64,000 bases of DNA from Lama glama. Lineage: Eukaryota. Where the stretch lies: positions 6,820,001-6,884,000 of the forward strand of contig CM052825.1 in NCBI GenBank assembly GCA_028534125.1, read 5' to 3'. Every line of letters begins with the position of its first letter. Position 1 is the first letter of the stretch. Made by a program: the position numbers and the translations under genes. A model generated the notes under the pieces. The model had not been told where the DNA came from. It saw only the letters and a list, made by a program, of their open reading frames with translations, and made no database searches. Positions 23,710 to 36,770 of the stretch are shown one piece after another.

Positions 23710-24639
23710 CTACAGGAGGGGACACTCAGCACCTGCCCGGGGCCACCCGCAGGCCCCAGGCTGGGACAAGGAAGGCTGCATGCTGTGAGGCCACCCTTCC
23801 TCACCTCCCCCTCCATTCCCGGGAACAACTGCTCTGCTCTGTGATGATTCTCCTTGTCCCAGATCCCACCATCCACCGCCAATCATTCCCTCCTGACTGT
23901 CCTGTCTGTCCCGGGTGGGGCACAGGCTGCATCAATCAGGCCAGTTTCCATTTGAGGAAACAGACCAGAGTTGGTAGTGGCTGGGCTCAGGTCACACAGC
24001 AGGACAGCAGCAGAGCCAGGATCACTCAGCCTCCCAGCCTCCCCTCAGCTCCTGATGCTGAACAGACTCGTTGAGGGTGGAGGCAGGGGGATGGCCAAGT
24101 TGACTCTGGAGCTGGACAGTCCTCCTGGGGGGCCTGGGAGCCAAGGTCCAGGGCAGAGGTCTTGTCTGGGCAGAGCTGCACCTAGCTCTGGCCAACCCCC
24201 CAGGGCAGAGCCTTCAACTCATGGGGCTCAGCAGGGTATGTGGGTTGTGAGGAGCCGAAATCCACAAGGACCCGGATGAAGGCTCAGGGGATCACCTTCA
24301 CCGGACCACTTCTCAGACAGGGCCTTGAACTCTGGGGCCTGGTTTCCCTGTCTGTCATTGAGACAATTAGAAACATCCGGCAACTCTTCCCCTGTGGTAT
24401 CCATGCTTAGGACAGAATCTGGAAAAAGGCTTGGGGCCTTAAAGCAGGTGGGAAGAACTGTGAGTCTGGCAGCCTCGGTTCACGGTCAGCAGTGGGCACT
24501 CAGTGGGGATAGAAAAGCAGAGAGGCTCTGGCCAAGAACTCTGAGGGAAAGGCCTGGGTGAGAGAGGGCCCAGACAGCAAAGATTCTGTCCAGGATTGTG
24601 GAGTCCGTGGAGAAAGGGACACCCAGGAGGAGTGGCCCT

Positions 24640-24800
24640 TCTGGGCAAGTTACTTAGTCTCCCTGAGCCTCAGTTTCCTCATCTGTAAATGGGATTTGAT
24701 GAGTGTACGGAGCTCACTGTAAGTATTAAACAGGCTGGAAAAGGTTTAGCACAGGGCCTGGCAGAGACGTGCTCCCTAAGTGACAGCTGTTGTTACTAAT
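24640..24800 (+). mobile_element. MIR SINE
   Basis: 'gggcaagttacttagtctccctgagcctcagtttcctcatctgtaaatggg' core. Confidence 0.8.
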
Positions 24801-25118
24801 CATTGTCATCTGTCCCTTTTATGGCCTGTAAAGGTTGTAAAGAGGAACAGAGTCGGTGAGAGGCCCTTGGCTGAGTGCCCAGCCCAAGTAGATAATCCCT
24901 CGCTGGGCCTTAAGGTCAGTAATTAGCAAGACTGTTAGTCTTTCATACCTTCTAGCAGGTTGTCAGGGCCTGATGGGGTCCCAGGGAATCGGACGCTCCA
25001 AGCCCTCGCCATTTCCGCACAGATTTCACACACACCCCCACCCCACCCCCCGCACAGGTGTGTGAGCTGGAATGGGCCGGGAGGAGGGGCCGGCAGCTGG
25101 GCCGGGCGGGGGCGGTAC

Positions 25119-25175
25119 CTGATGATGGGCTCGTTGTCCACCTTCACGATGCAGTAGGGGTCGCTGCTGCCGGTG
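25119..25175 (-). CDS. RASA4: RASA4 exon 2 (TGSSDPYCIVKVDNEPII)
   Basis: C2A SDPY motif; ag/GTACCG; 57 nt. Confidence 0.95.
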
Positions 25176-28100
25176 CTGAGGAGGGAGGGGCAGGGAGGGA
25201 CTGACGGGGCGGCCAGCTGTGGGCACCCCTCCTCCCTCTGCCAGGGGCTCCCAGTGACCCCAGGAGAAAGACAGTCAGGGCTGAGGCACCAGGTCCTAGG
25301 CTGGGGCCCAAATACTCCTCAGGCCGAAACATGGGCCTCCACCCTTGGTCTGGGACGGGGCACCAAGGCTCTCCTGCCCGACTGCTCACCGCTTCTCCAG
25401 CTTAGCCAAGGACGCTTCTCCTTCCTGCCTGCTCCCACCCTGTCCCACCCCCGCCCCGTCCCAGGGAGGCCAGAAACTACAGTCATAAAAGCCTCACACC
25501 AGTTTGGGATACCTCTACCCTCAACACCCAAGTCAGCCCTCACCCTCTCCTCTGAGCCTTGGTTCCTGCTGCTCCTCCTGCCTGGCCCGCCCTCCCACTC
25601 TTTCCAAGATCCCTCCTCAGTCCCCTCTGTAAGTGCTCTCCCCTATCTCAGAGGCAGGGCTCCTCCCGGCCACCCCGCTGCCTGGCCCTCCATCCCAGCA
25701 CTGCTAGTGAGGTACTGTCAGCTGCCTCCCTGTCTGACCATGAGCGCCGAGGGCGGGGACCACTTCTGTGTTGACAGGGCTTGCACAAGATAGGGGTCTC
25801 CTGAGTGTTTGATGCATGAGTGAGTGAATGAATGAATGAATCGAATGAATCTAACTGTGGACCTCAAGTTCCCAGCCACCTGGGAGAGAGGGGGTGGGGA
25901 AGGCAACCCAGACTGCTTGGCTTCTTCTGTCTCTGTTGCTGGAGGATTTCTGGGGCCGAGGGCAGTCCTGGCCAGGCCCAGGGCCACTACTGGGCAAGAA
26001 GAGGGGGTGAGGACATCTCCAGAAGTGCCCTTCAGGCCTGGCGTCGATAAAAAGGAAGTGTGTTTGCATGCTGGAGGTTGGGGAATTCCAAGCCCAGCTT
26101 CCCTTCTCAAAAGGGGATCCTCCACTGGACACAAACAACGGAAAATGTCCCCCAAGATGCGGTCCCCACCCTGATACGATGGGACCGATAATGCCAGCTC
26201 CCGGGGTAGCTCCCCGGGTCCCTGATGTGATGAGAGGGCCAGCCCATGGGAAGTGATGAGTAAACATTAGCACCGCCCTGGACTCCTTGCTCTTCTGTCT
26301 GTATCCTTTCCCCCATCACTGTCCTCCAGAGCTGTGTCCTCCAGAGAGCCACTCGGGCCACCCCAGCTTGCATCCCACCACCCCAAAGCCAGGGGACTCT
26401 GGGCCTCAAGGAATCAAGCCCTGGGGCACCACAGGAACTGGGCTGGGTGGCAGGGCCCGGGAGCTGCACGTGTATTTGAACAAGGAACGTGGAGGAAGGA
26501 GGGAGAGGTCAGAACAGGCTGAGACCGGTGTAGGCTGCCCCCCAACCCACAATGCCTCCTCTGCCCTCCTCCTGCCTCCTCACCTGAGGCCTCCCCAGGG
26601 GATTCCCCAGGGCAAGGAATCTCTTGTTTTCCTTGTAAGCTCAGCACTGCCACAGCTCGGCTCAATGAATGAATCTCTAATAAGAAATGAAGGTTTGGGG
26701 CTCCTGTTGCAGGCAGGGTCACTGGGGTGGGCAAAGGCCTGTGGGCAGAGACAGACCTGGTGGTGCCTGGGCAGTTATGAGCTCGGTGGCTGCATTAGAG
26801 TGGGGAGGGGACAGTGTCAAGAGTGGGCTGAGGCTGGGTTTAAGGACCTGGGCCCAACCACAGTCCCTGGTCAGCTGCTGGGACTTGTGCCCTGCCCAGT
26901 GTTCTCTGCCCTGATGAGACCCTCGGGTTGGTCCCCTCTCCCACTTCTCCTTCCCCAGGCCACTCACCGCCGCAGCTGGCCTAGCCTGGCTCCTTGCAGG
27001 GCCTCTATATTTAGGGCCTTGGCAGTTTCCAGGCTGTGGAAGGGGAAGGATCAGGGCAAATCCTGAAATAGCCCCGGGCCTGTCCCCAGGGCCACTGGGC
27101 GTGGGAGCCAGTGGGTCATCAGTCACCATGAGACTCCACGCCTGTCTGGCTGACTCAGGTACCCAAGGATGGGAGACCATGAGTGGGAGGGAGCAGGACA
27201 GAAACAGGGGGGCTCTAGGAGCTGTTGGTAGGAGGGAGCCCAGCTGTGCGCTGTGCCCTTAAGGGGGCTAAAAAGCCATAAGCAGAAGTGGCAGGGAGGC
27301 AAGTGGTTGCTGTGTCATGACGGTCCTGCCTCAGAACTGTCTCAGTCAATATGGGCCACCATGGATGAAGGTGAGCTCCCCGTCCTCAGAAGTAAGCAAG
27401 CCCCAGCTGGAAGGGATGCCACTCAGGAGACAGGCTGGGGGCTGATGAGGCACAGTAGGGCAGGCTCACCACCACCTCTGCCTCCAGCACTCAGGGAGGG
27501 CTTCCTGTGCTCTCCAAACTCCTGCCATGCCTGAGCCAGATGCTCTGCACGACATTTTCGAGGCTCAGTCCCCACTGAGCCCCATGGCAAGCTTGCAACC
27601 TGGGTCCAGCTGGGATGCTTGGTCTGTCAGCAGCAGAGTGGGCTGACTTCTCTATCTGCCTGCTGTGTGGCCTTGCCAAAGGAGTACCACATGCTGAGCC
27701 TGTTTCCCCATCTACAAACCTTCTAGGACTAATAATATTAAATGCAAAGGTCCTCAGTACCTATTAATCTCCCCTACTGTGGACCAGGTGTCCCTCAGGG
27801 CACCGAGAATGCCAGGAGGAATGAATCACGGTTCCTGTGCAGTCACGAGGCACAGGCAGCCCAGGAAGAAGCAATTGCTACCAAGGGCTTCCTCCTAACT
27901 CCGGCTGACCCACAGTGCTGGAGGGCGCAGAACAGGATCAAGGAACACTGCCCAAGGGCACCAGGGAAAGCCCTGGAGAGAAGTTTGAAAGAGGTCCTGA
28001 AGGATGAATAAGAGTTTTCCAGTGCTTTTAAAGGAAAGTGCTTCAAGGCACAAGACCCAAATATGTGCAAAAGCAGGGCTGTGAAGGCCCAAATTGAGGG

Positions 28101-29194
28101 GTGGAGTAGGGCGGGTTCACAGCTGGATTTAAGAGATGGTTGACAGGTCAGAGCCGCATACATCAGCCACTATTAGGAACACAGAGGAAAGGAAGTGCGG
28201 GGAGGTGAGTAGGTAGGAGGGCAGGGCAAGGAAAGAGATTCTGTAGGCAGAACCAACAGAACTTGGTGGCCCTTCCCCCTGGGGATGGAGGCACTGGGCT
28301 GAGGCCCTTGGCTGTTCAGAGGCAGGGCTGGACAGGGAACCTGGCACCATGACTCCCAGGTAGGCAGAGTCCACAGTTTCACTGTGAGAGCCTAGAGTCA
28401 GGCACCAGGGCCAACGCTGCGGGGATGGGGAGGGAGGCGACAGACGGAGGGGCTGCTCCTCCCAGCTGCCACCAGCCAGAAGAGGCCAAGCTGACCTAGA
28501 TACCCGTGCCAGCATGGGGGTTGCTTAGAGGTTGGGACTGGAGGCTGAGACCCTTTTCAGAGCTCATCTGACTTTCCACCGGAGACCACATTCCCAGCTC
28601 CCACGAACTCCTCCCACGCAGCGAAACCCACCTTGAGACAGCCCACTCAGCACCCTCCCTCACCCATTGCCATGGTAACTGCTGAGCCTGGCCTTGTCAG
28701 GCCCAGGGGGCCTTGAACTGGAACTGCTCACAGCACTGAGCATGCTGGGAAACTCACAGGGGCCACTGTGCATGTGAGGGAGATACCCTTGCCCCCTTCT
28801 CCTGCACCCTACTCCCCAGTCTGCCACCTCTCTGCATCTGAAAGCCTGCTGAGGAGCCCCAGGGGTGGGGAGGCTGCAGTCTAGCAGACTTTGGACCCTA
28901 GGCTGCCTCTGGGCTTCCCTGCCCCCGCCCCCTCCTCCAGGCAGCCAGCATCCCTCAAGCTTTGTACTTTCCACAGCTCTTATCCGAGAGGGATTTCGAC
29001 CTCCAGTTTACAGCAGGGGAAACTGAGGCTTCGGGGACAGGGAGCTGCCTAAAGCTGCATACGAGGGAGCCAGCGATGGGATCTAGTAGCTCAGCTCTGG
29101 CACCTACTGAGAAGGGTGGGTAGTGGTCTCTAGAAACTTTCTCAAATCTGGCCAGGCACCAGGGAAAGCCCTAGATATCAGTGTTTGTTAGGAG

Positions 29195-29340
29195 CCCTAG
29201 ACTCAGGACCTTGCTCTGCCACTTGGAGCCAGCATTTCTCATCTCTGAGCCTCGGTTTCCACATCTGTAAAATGGAATGGTGAGAATGACCTTGCTGGGT
29301 GGTTGTAAGGATTAAAGGCAATGACTCAGGTAAAGCGGAG
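29195..29340 (+). mobile_element. MIR SINE
   Basis: 'ctctgagcctcggtttccacatctgtaaaatgg...ggttgtaaggattaaa'. Confidence 0.75.
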
Positions 29341-29919
29341 GGCACAACAGCGGCTATACCCAGACATCCCATCCTGCACTGGCCCTGGCTTCCTGACCAC
29401 TCACTCTTCATGATTGCCCTCCCTGCCCTCCCTTCCCAAATGCACAGCACGGAAGCCCCAGGACAGCCCCTGGGCCCCAGTGCATTTCACGTGCACATTC
29501 TCAGCTACTAAGGGTTTCAGAACTACTGAGGAAGAGCCCTCCTTTCTGGAGGGCACCCCACCCCCCTGAAACCACACCCCCCACAATAGTGCATGGAGAC
29601 ATCTCCCCTTTGATGTCTCCCCTCCTCCGCCCCCAGCTCCTGTCCTATCAAAGCCCATTCCCCTCTAGAGGTGCCGTTCTCTCCCTGCGGGTTCACTAAG
29701 GCCCTTTACAGTCCCCGCCTCCTCCCCGGTCCCAGGCCCTTCCCTGTCAACCCCTGTCCGGAGCTCGCAGCAAATCTCACTGTCCCCATTGCTCCCACTG
29801 CTGCCACACCCTCGCCGTGACTCTACTTGTGGGCAGGTCGTGCGGACCCCAGAAAGGTCAGGCATAATGGGCAGGGCCCCTCCTCAGAAAGTTGAGGTTC
29901 CCACCCCCATCGCGCTCAC

Positions 29920-29984
29920 ATGTCCTTGGCTGGCAGGTTCTTCCCTTCCACGATGCGGATGGACAGCGAGCTGCGCTTGGCCAT
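29920..29984 (-). CDS. RASA4: RASA4 exon 1 (MAKRSSLSIRIVEGKNLPAKD)
   Basis: ATG in GCGATGG context; donor GTGAGC; 65 nt. Confidence 0.95.
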
Positions 29985-30480
29985 CGCGGGTCCGCGACGC
30001 GGGGTCCTGGCCAGGCGGAGACGGACACCAGGGTTCAGTGCAGCGGCTGGTGAACAGGCTGGCGCTGGACTGGGCTCCGCGGGGAACGCGCCGCGCAGGG
30101 CTGGGTAGGTAAGCGTGGGGGCGGAGGAATCGCTTCCACTTCATTCACCCCCGCCCCCGCCCCACGTGCGGGGGACACTGCTCCCGGGCGGGCCAATCGG
30201 CGGCTGGGACTCCCCTTGGTGGGCGGGGCCAGTCCAGGAAGCGGCGCTCATTGGGTGCCTGTGGAAGGGGTGGGGAGGGGCCTGCGCAGAGTGGGCGGGG
30301 GGAGCAGGCTAGAGCTGAGGGGCAAGGGGGCTGCCCTCGAGGCTAGTGGAGAAGCAAGGCGCCGAGTAGCCTGAGCCACGGCTGGGTGTGGGCGGCGGGC
30401 ATGGTCCGAGTGCCTATACCAAGGCCCTCAGAGGTGTGGGCAAGTGCGGGGATGCGCGGGAGGGGTCGTGCGAGGAGGCA
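29985..30480 (-). promoter_or_regulatory. RASA4 5' UTR / CpG-island promoter
   Basis: CpG-rich; GC boxes (GGGCGGGGCC 30221-30230), CCAAT boxes in both orientations (~30193, ~30250), E-box CACGTG near 30163. Confidence 0.8.
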
Positions 30481-31199
30481 GCCCTGGCCACCCTAGGCTG
30501 ACGCGTAGGAGGGCCTACAAAGGTGTAAGTTCAAGTGACAGACAATCGGATGAATTTAGCAAACAGCAGGAGTGTTTGTGTTAGAGTGACACAGACCCAG
30601 AAGGTGAGGCAGGGCAGCTCAGAGGTTTGGGAATCCAGAGGTGTGGGGGCCAGTCTGAAAGACTTGGATTATTTTTGAGAACCTTCTTGGGAGGAGGAGC
30701 TTTCTCAGTTGTCACCTCATTTACTAAGCCTTTTACATCCTTGGAATGGGAACCTGGATGAGGCGCTTAGGTTCACAGAGGGAGAATTACTTGCCGGAGG
30801 TCACACAGCTGGCCCCCGGCAGGGTTAGCCTTGGCCTCCCCAGAACTCCCTGATCGCTGGCCTCTCCGTTGGGGCAGGATCTCCCAGACTCTGTGTCCAG
30901 AGCTGAGTTTCTAGAGTTGTCCCATTTCCCAGACATAGAGTTCACAGTCCTGGGGCTGGCACAGCGGCAACTGGCCCTGGGCAGCTGGCTCTGCCGGAGG
31001 GTATTGCCTGAAGCGTGACTGCAGACTTGGGTCCTAGCCCTAGCGCCACCACTCCCTTGCTGAGTGATGCTAGGTGGTTTCCTGAACCTCTCTGAGCTGG
31101 TTCCATTTCAACACCTGCAAAGAGGAGCAGTGACACCTGCCAAAGGACGCACTGTGTGTGTGTGGGTGCCTAGCACAGGTTCTGCTTTCTGTCACATTC

Positions 31200-31900
31200 T
31201 GTTTTCACTTCCTATGTTGTTATTAATACACTACATGCACACCAAATTCAAAAAATATTGAAGGCTTACAATGTTTTCAGTGAAAAGTCAGTCTCTTTTT
31301 TCCCAGCCTCACAGATTCCCTCCCCTGAGGCATCCACTGTTTTTGATTCCTCGTGCATCCTTCTGAACAGTCTCTGCCTACAGTGCATCAGTAGACATTT
31401 TTTTTCTTTTATACACAAATTGTAGCTTAGTGGTTACATTTAAGAGTTTCATTTATTTAATCTCGGAGTGCTGTGCGCATCTGTACACACAAAGCATCCT
31501 TGTTCTCTTTGTCACTTACCCAGTTTTCTGTTGTGTGGATGTACCACCCATCATCTCTTTGATGTCCCCTGTTAGTCGATGGGCAGGTCTGTGCCATCAT
31601 TTGCTTTCACCAAACAACAGCATGGCTCACGTGTCATTTTGCACGTGAGCAAATGTAGCCGAGGATAAATTCCTAGAAATGGAATCCCTGGGCCAGAAGA
31701 CGTGTGCATGTGGGACTTTTCCATAGGATTTGCCAAATTTCCTGCTACAGTGGTTGTTCCACTGTACACAGCCACCAACATACAGGAAGGTACCAGCTCC
31801 CCGGTGTCCTCGCCAACATGCTCATTATTAACCTGTAATCTTTGGCTAAGTGATTAGTGGGAAAATAATGGTTTCTTAGGGTACTTAGGGCTATTTTTTC
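31200..31900 (-). mobile_element. Ancient L1 (L1ME-like) fragment
   Basis: 'ggataaattcctagaaatggaat...gggccaga', 'tttgccaaatt', 'cctcgccaaca' are reverse L1 3' motifs; AT-rich. Confidence 0.65.
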
Positions 31901-33519
31901 AGGTGACTTATCAGAGTCTTTATCAGTCATCCTTGGTCACTAAGATTTGCCCCCTCTGCCTCGTCATCCTTCAGGCATGTTCCCCTCCCTGGGTTTGGGC
32001 CAGGCCACCTGGGGAGTATGAAGAAGCCTTGCTTGGTAGATTAGGGGCTCACTCCCCTCCACTGTGGGTTGTTACTGAGGCCTGGTTGATAGGTGGTGCC
32101 AAGTCTAGTGTTTGCTTGTTGCTCTTTACCTAGCCTGGAGACACACCCTAAAGCCAAGCCAGGGAAGCCCAAGGTGGGCTTCTTTTATCCGGTTGCAGGA
32201 TTCAGTCCTTGCTTACCTCCAGTGCTGGGGAGCTTACTGCCTCTAGAGGCAGCTCTGTCCATCCTCAAACTATTCTAGATGGGAGCAAGACCTGGACCCC
32301 CACCCCCAGAGGCTTCAGCCTGCTCAGCTCCAAGCCAGGATCCCCTCCTCCACTATGAATTCTAGACCCCACACTGACCTGGTTATTGTCCCCTAGAGAG
32401 CCTCCACTTTGTCATGCATCCTTCTGGAGTATAGCTTCCAGAGTGAAGCTGGGCCTCCCTACTGTGCAACTCAGAGCAGGCACAAATAGATCAGACCCCC
32501 CTTCTGGGCACTAGGTCTTTAATGATGCCATCCACAATCCTCTCTGCTTTTTGGGGCCACACTTCCTTGGTTTCTAGTTCCAAACAACAGAAACCATCTC
32601 TGACTAATTTAAACAGACAGGGGTTCATAAGAGGCTATTGAGGGTGTCACAGATTCTTGGGGAAAGCCAGAGAACTAGGCCTAAAGGCCATACCCAGCCA
32701 GGAACAGTGGTGCTTCGGCACTCACTGAGATCGCATGCCAGAAGTGGCTTGGTGCAGACACCCTCGCGGCTGGCCCTGGCCAGGCCCCTCCTCTCATGCT
32801 GACCCTGGACACCGGGTGCTGTACTCCTGCATCTCCCGCATCACCACGACGCTGGGAAAGCTGGTGACAGCTCAGTCAACATCTGTGCCAGGAGGGGCCT
32901 ACCTGCAAAGATGGGGTGCAGGAGGAGGAAGGACAGAGGAAGGTGGTTCAGGTGCTGGGCATCCCAAAGGGTGACAGTAGTCCCTGCAGGGTCTTGAACG
33001 TCTCCACGCTGCACCCAGATGATGTCCCTTTAGCACCCCTAGATGCCACTTGGACTCCGGGCACCCAGAGTTTCTCACTTGGTTCTTGGTGCTGTCACCC
33101 CTTTTCCCTGAGGTTCCCGAGGCTCCCGGCATCCTGCAGTGCACTTCACCTCAGGAGGCAGGGAGGAGGCTCTGTGGGGGCTGCCAGGTGGGTCTCTGGC
33201 TGCTGCCCACCCTCACCCACATCCCCGCTGACAGGTGAGGCCCTTCCCTCTGCATTGCCCTGCCCCTGTGACCTCGGTGCACAGCCTGTGAGCACGGGGA
33301 CTCCTGGGGCAGAACAGGGTCCACGCAAAGGTTTCAGCCAGGGAGGCAAGCCAAGCTTCCAGCACATTCCCAGAAACCAGTCTCTAGGGAGCCGGGTGAG
33401 TCAGAGGGTGGGGCTCGGAGAGGAGCTCAGCCTGGCTCCACCACCAGTCCAGACACTCCATCTGTGGGGGGCTACAGAGGGGATCCCTTTCCTGAGCAGA
33501 CCACTGCTCTCATTTGCTA

Positions 33520-34030
33520 TTTCCCTCATTCATTTATTCACTTGGTCATCTGCTTACGTATTCAGCATTCAGTGACCTGCGCTGGGCCCTGAGGATCCCT
33601 GGGAAAACCAGCTGCCCTCAAGGGGTTCACAGGGAAGAGATGGACATAAAAGGGTGGGGAAGTGCTACAGCGGAGAAATGAATGAGGAATACAGAGGAGG
33701 GAGGGAGCTTGGGATATTCAAAGAGGAAGTGACATTTGAACTGGATCTCAAAGGATGCACAGGTGTGCGCGATGTGGTCCAGGTGGAAGAGAATGCTCCC
33801 AGTGGAGGGAGCAGCCTGAGCAAAGGTGTGCGGCATGATGAAGGCTGGGGTGTTCTGGAAACATCCAAGAGGGAGGTGTAAGAGGCTTATGGTGCCTGAG
33901 ACCGGAAGGGCAGATAGGAACCAGCTGATGAAGGGCCTTGACTGCGGGGGGTGGGGGCCTGGGGAACTCAGACATTTTCCTGGGAAGGGTTTGGAGCAAA
34001 AGAGTGACATGGGTGTACTTGGGTGCTAGA
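33520..34030 (-). mobile_element. L2 LINE fragment
   Basis: 'cattcatttattca...gaggaagtgacatttgaactggatctcaaaggatg...agggtttggagcaaaagagtgacatg'. Confidence 0.7.
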
Positions 34031-34749
34031 AATTCAATGGACTGACACTTTGAAGTGTTAGCATATGGTTCTGAACTTCCTGTGCCCCTAACTCACATGG
34101 TCAGTTGGATAGAGAATCCCTGCCTCCATATTTTTAGGGACCCACAAAAAGGTTTTAATTCCTTTTAGAACTAGAAGGAAAAATATGAGTATAATAGGAA
34201 TGGATATGTAATAATGAATTCAGCTTGGATTGCATCCGTCTTTATACCCAAGGGGTCAGATAAATGTCAGTTTTAATATCTTGACCCACACCAGCAAAAG
34301 TGCCTAAGATTCGCAGGAGTCGTAGCGCTCCTAGCACAGGACAGGAGGCAGCTCTTGAGTTTCAAAGCATGTCTGTGAAATTCATGGCAAGTGAGTAATG
34401 TTGACCAAAAAAATGTTTTGAGTTGCAGTCTTGAGCATCTGAGGAGACTTGGAAGGGCTGGGAGGACCGGCTACCCCTCCAGCCTCTGCCAGGGATGGGA
34501 AAACAGCCTATGACAGAGGTGAACCCCCTGGGCGCTACCCCAGGGAGAGAGTCAGATCCAAATTGGCTGAGATGAGAAGTGGGGGTTCGATCAAGATGAC
34601 GCTGAATGGTAGGAAAACACAATTTCACTTCTGGGCCTGCTGAGCTTGCACACTGCATGCCTTGCCCATCACTCAGGGCTATTTTTGTACCTACATCAGC
34701 CAAGGCTCTGCTCCACACCCCAATAAACATTTAAAAATGCACCTAGTAG

Positions 34750-35065
34750 TGGGTGGGAGGTGAGGGAAAGGGGTGAAGGTGGTCCAAAGGTACACACTTC
34801 AAGTTATAAGATAAATAAGTCCTGGGGATGTCATGGACTGCATGGGGACTCTAGTTAATACTGTGTTTTATATCTGAAAGTTGCCAAGAGAGTAGCTCTT
34901 AGAAGTTCTCATCACAGGAGAAAACCCTGTAACTATATGTGGTGATGGATGTTAACTAGACTTACTGTGGTCCATTCACATTATATACCGATATCAAATC
35001 CTTAACCTAGAACAATGTTATGTGTTCATCATATCCCAGTAAAACCAGAAAATAAATGAAAAAAG
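34750..35065 (+). mobile_element. L1 3' UTR fragment (L1MA-like)
   Basis: 'caaaggtaca.acttc.agttataagataaataagtcctggggatgt...gtaactatatgtggtgatggatgttaactagact'. Confidence 0.8.
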
Positions 35066-35079
35066 AAATGCACCCATAC

Positions 35080-35675
35080 CAGGTTCCTCAAACGATTAAA
35101 AAGGATTATCAGAGGATCCAGCAATCCCATTTCTGGGTATATACCCCAAAGAATTTAAAACAGGGTTTTGCAGAGATATTTGCACACCCATGAAAATTGC
35201 AGCCTTTTTTCACAATAGCCAAGAGGTGGCAGCAATTGAAGTGTTCACTGATGGATAAATGGATAAAGATAAGGTGGTGTATCTATAGGAATATTATTCA
35301 GGCTTTAAAAAGAAGGAAATTCTGACACTTGCTATAATGTGGATTAACCTGGAGGACATTGTACTAAGTGAAATAAGCCAGTCATAAAATGACAAATGCT
35401 GCGTGATTCCACTTGCATGCGATGTCTAGAGCAGACTCAGAAATAGAAAATGGAATAGCAGTTGCCAGGGTTCTAGCCTGAGGGAGGGAGAATGGGGAGC
35501 TGTTGTTTAATGTGGATAGAGTTTCAGTTTTGCAAGCTGATAAACTTCTGAAGACCTGTTGCACAACAGCGTGACCGTGACGTCCTCAAGCTCCTGCCCT
35601 GTACACCTAGAAATTGGTTAAGGTGATATGTTTTATGTTATATGTTTTTATTTTTTTACCACAATGTAAAAAATG
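35080..35675 (+). mobile_element. L1 3' end (L1MB-like)
   Basis: 'gatccagcaatcccatttctgggtatataccccaaagaa...cacaatagccaagaggtgg...ctaagtgaaataagccagtca'. Confidence 0.85.
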
Positions 35676-36579
35676 CAAATATACCCCAACTTTCTATGCA
35701 TTTCTTTGGCTGTGAAAATATTTGAAAAGCAGCTTATAACTTAGCTTTTGAAGCACTTTAGGTTCGAGTAACTCATTTGATTTACTGCTGCTCTTGATTT
35801 CTCCACAAACATCACGCATTCTCAGGAATCTTGGGGGTTCTTCCAAAGTGAGAAAATGTGACCTCCAAATTGTTTCCATGCGCAGTAACAAGTCTTAAAA
35901 TCCTAAATTTAACAATGGATGAAGTTGACATAATGTTGCATTTAGAAGAAATTTAAGTAAACATTTATTATTTTTAAAAATGTTGTGGTTTTAAGATTTT
36001 GGAGCCAGTGCCCCCATCCCTTCCCGGACCTCAAGGATTTTAGTGAGCTGGAGGCCCCATGCCCACAGGGCCCCCAGGGAAAAGCTGTCCCTGCTTGGAG
36101 GAAAGGCCTTCTGGGGCTGCACTTCCATCCTCCTCCCTCAGACAGCCAGTGTCAAGGAGGGGACTTCCAGGAGGGGACAGGACCCTGGGAGGATAGGGCA
36201 TCAAAGGCATTGCTGTAAGTTAGTGGGTCTGAGGAGGGAGCAGGCCACGGGGAGGGAGCTGGCGGAGGTGCTGAGGGTGGCGAGGGCAGCCCGAGCACAG
36301 AGGTCAGAGGGGCCCAGCCCTGGACCCATAGATGCTGGGTGCAGAGCTCTGGACTGAGCCCAGGGCCACAGGGAACCCTGGCAGGCTCCAGGCCGAGTGA
36401 CAGCAGTGTGCCAAGAAGTCTGCACTGGCCAGCTGTGAGAGCCCTGGAGGGGGCAGGCTGAGAGGCATTCACAGGCCGGTGGGGTTCTGTTCCCAGCTTC
36501 CCCCTTCCCCACCAATCTCAACACCCACCTGCATCTAGATAGACAGCATTAAATACAATTTTAAAATGAGGCCCACACT

Positions 36580-36770
36580 CTTTACTGGAGCCAGACCCCT
36601 GACTTCAAATCCTGGCTCCACAACTATAATAGTACCTGCTGTGTGACAGTGGGCAAGTAACTCAGCCTCTCTGGGCCTCACATGGCTTATCTGTAAAGTG
36701 GGGCAATGGTGGGGCACCCCAAAGAGTGGCTATACATGGAGCCTACTGATGTCAGCAGAACTCAGGAGGC
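36580..36770 (+). mobile_element. MIR SINE
   Basis: 'ttcaaatcctggctc...gggcaagtaactcagcctctctgggcctca...atctgtaaagtgggg'. Confidence 0.7.

Larger units (their letters stand above)
8163..29984 (-). other. RASA4: RASA4 (CAPRI) gene span: C2A-C2B-RasGAP-PH-Btk, 21 coding exons, ~729 aa visible plus ~73 aa in the gap
   Basis: All visible exons join in frame with GT-AG junctions; N-terminus MAKRSSLSIRIVEGKNLPAKDITGSSDPYC, C-terminus ...LLELQT*. Confidence 0.97.

Noticed and set aside
26287-27066. 259-aa + strand ORF in RASA4 intron 1
   Set aside because: Non-ATG start, G/P/L-rich composition and no recognisable domain; expected by chance in GC-rich DNA
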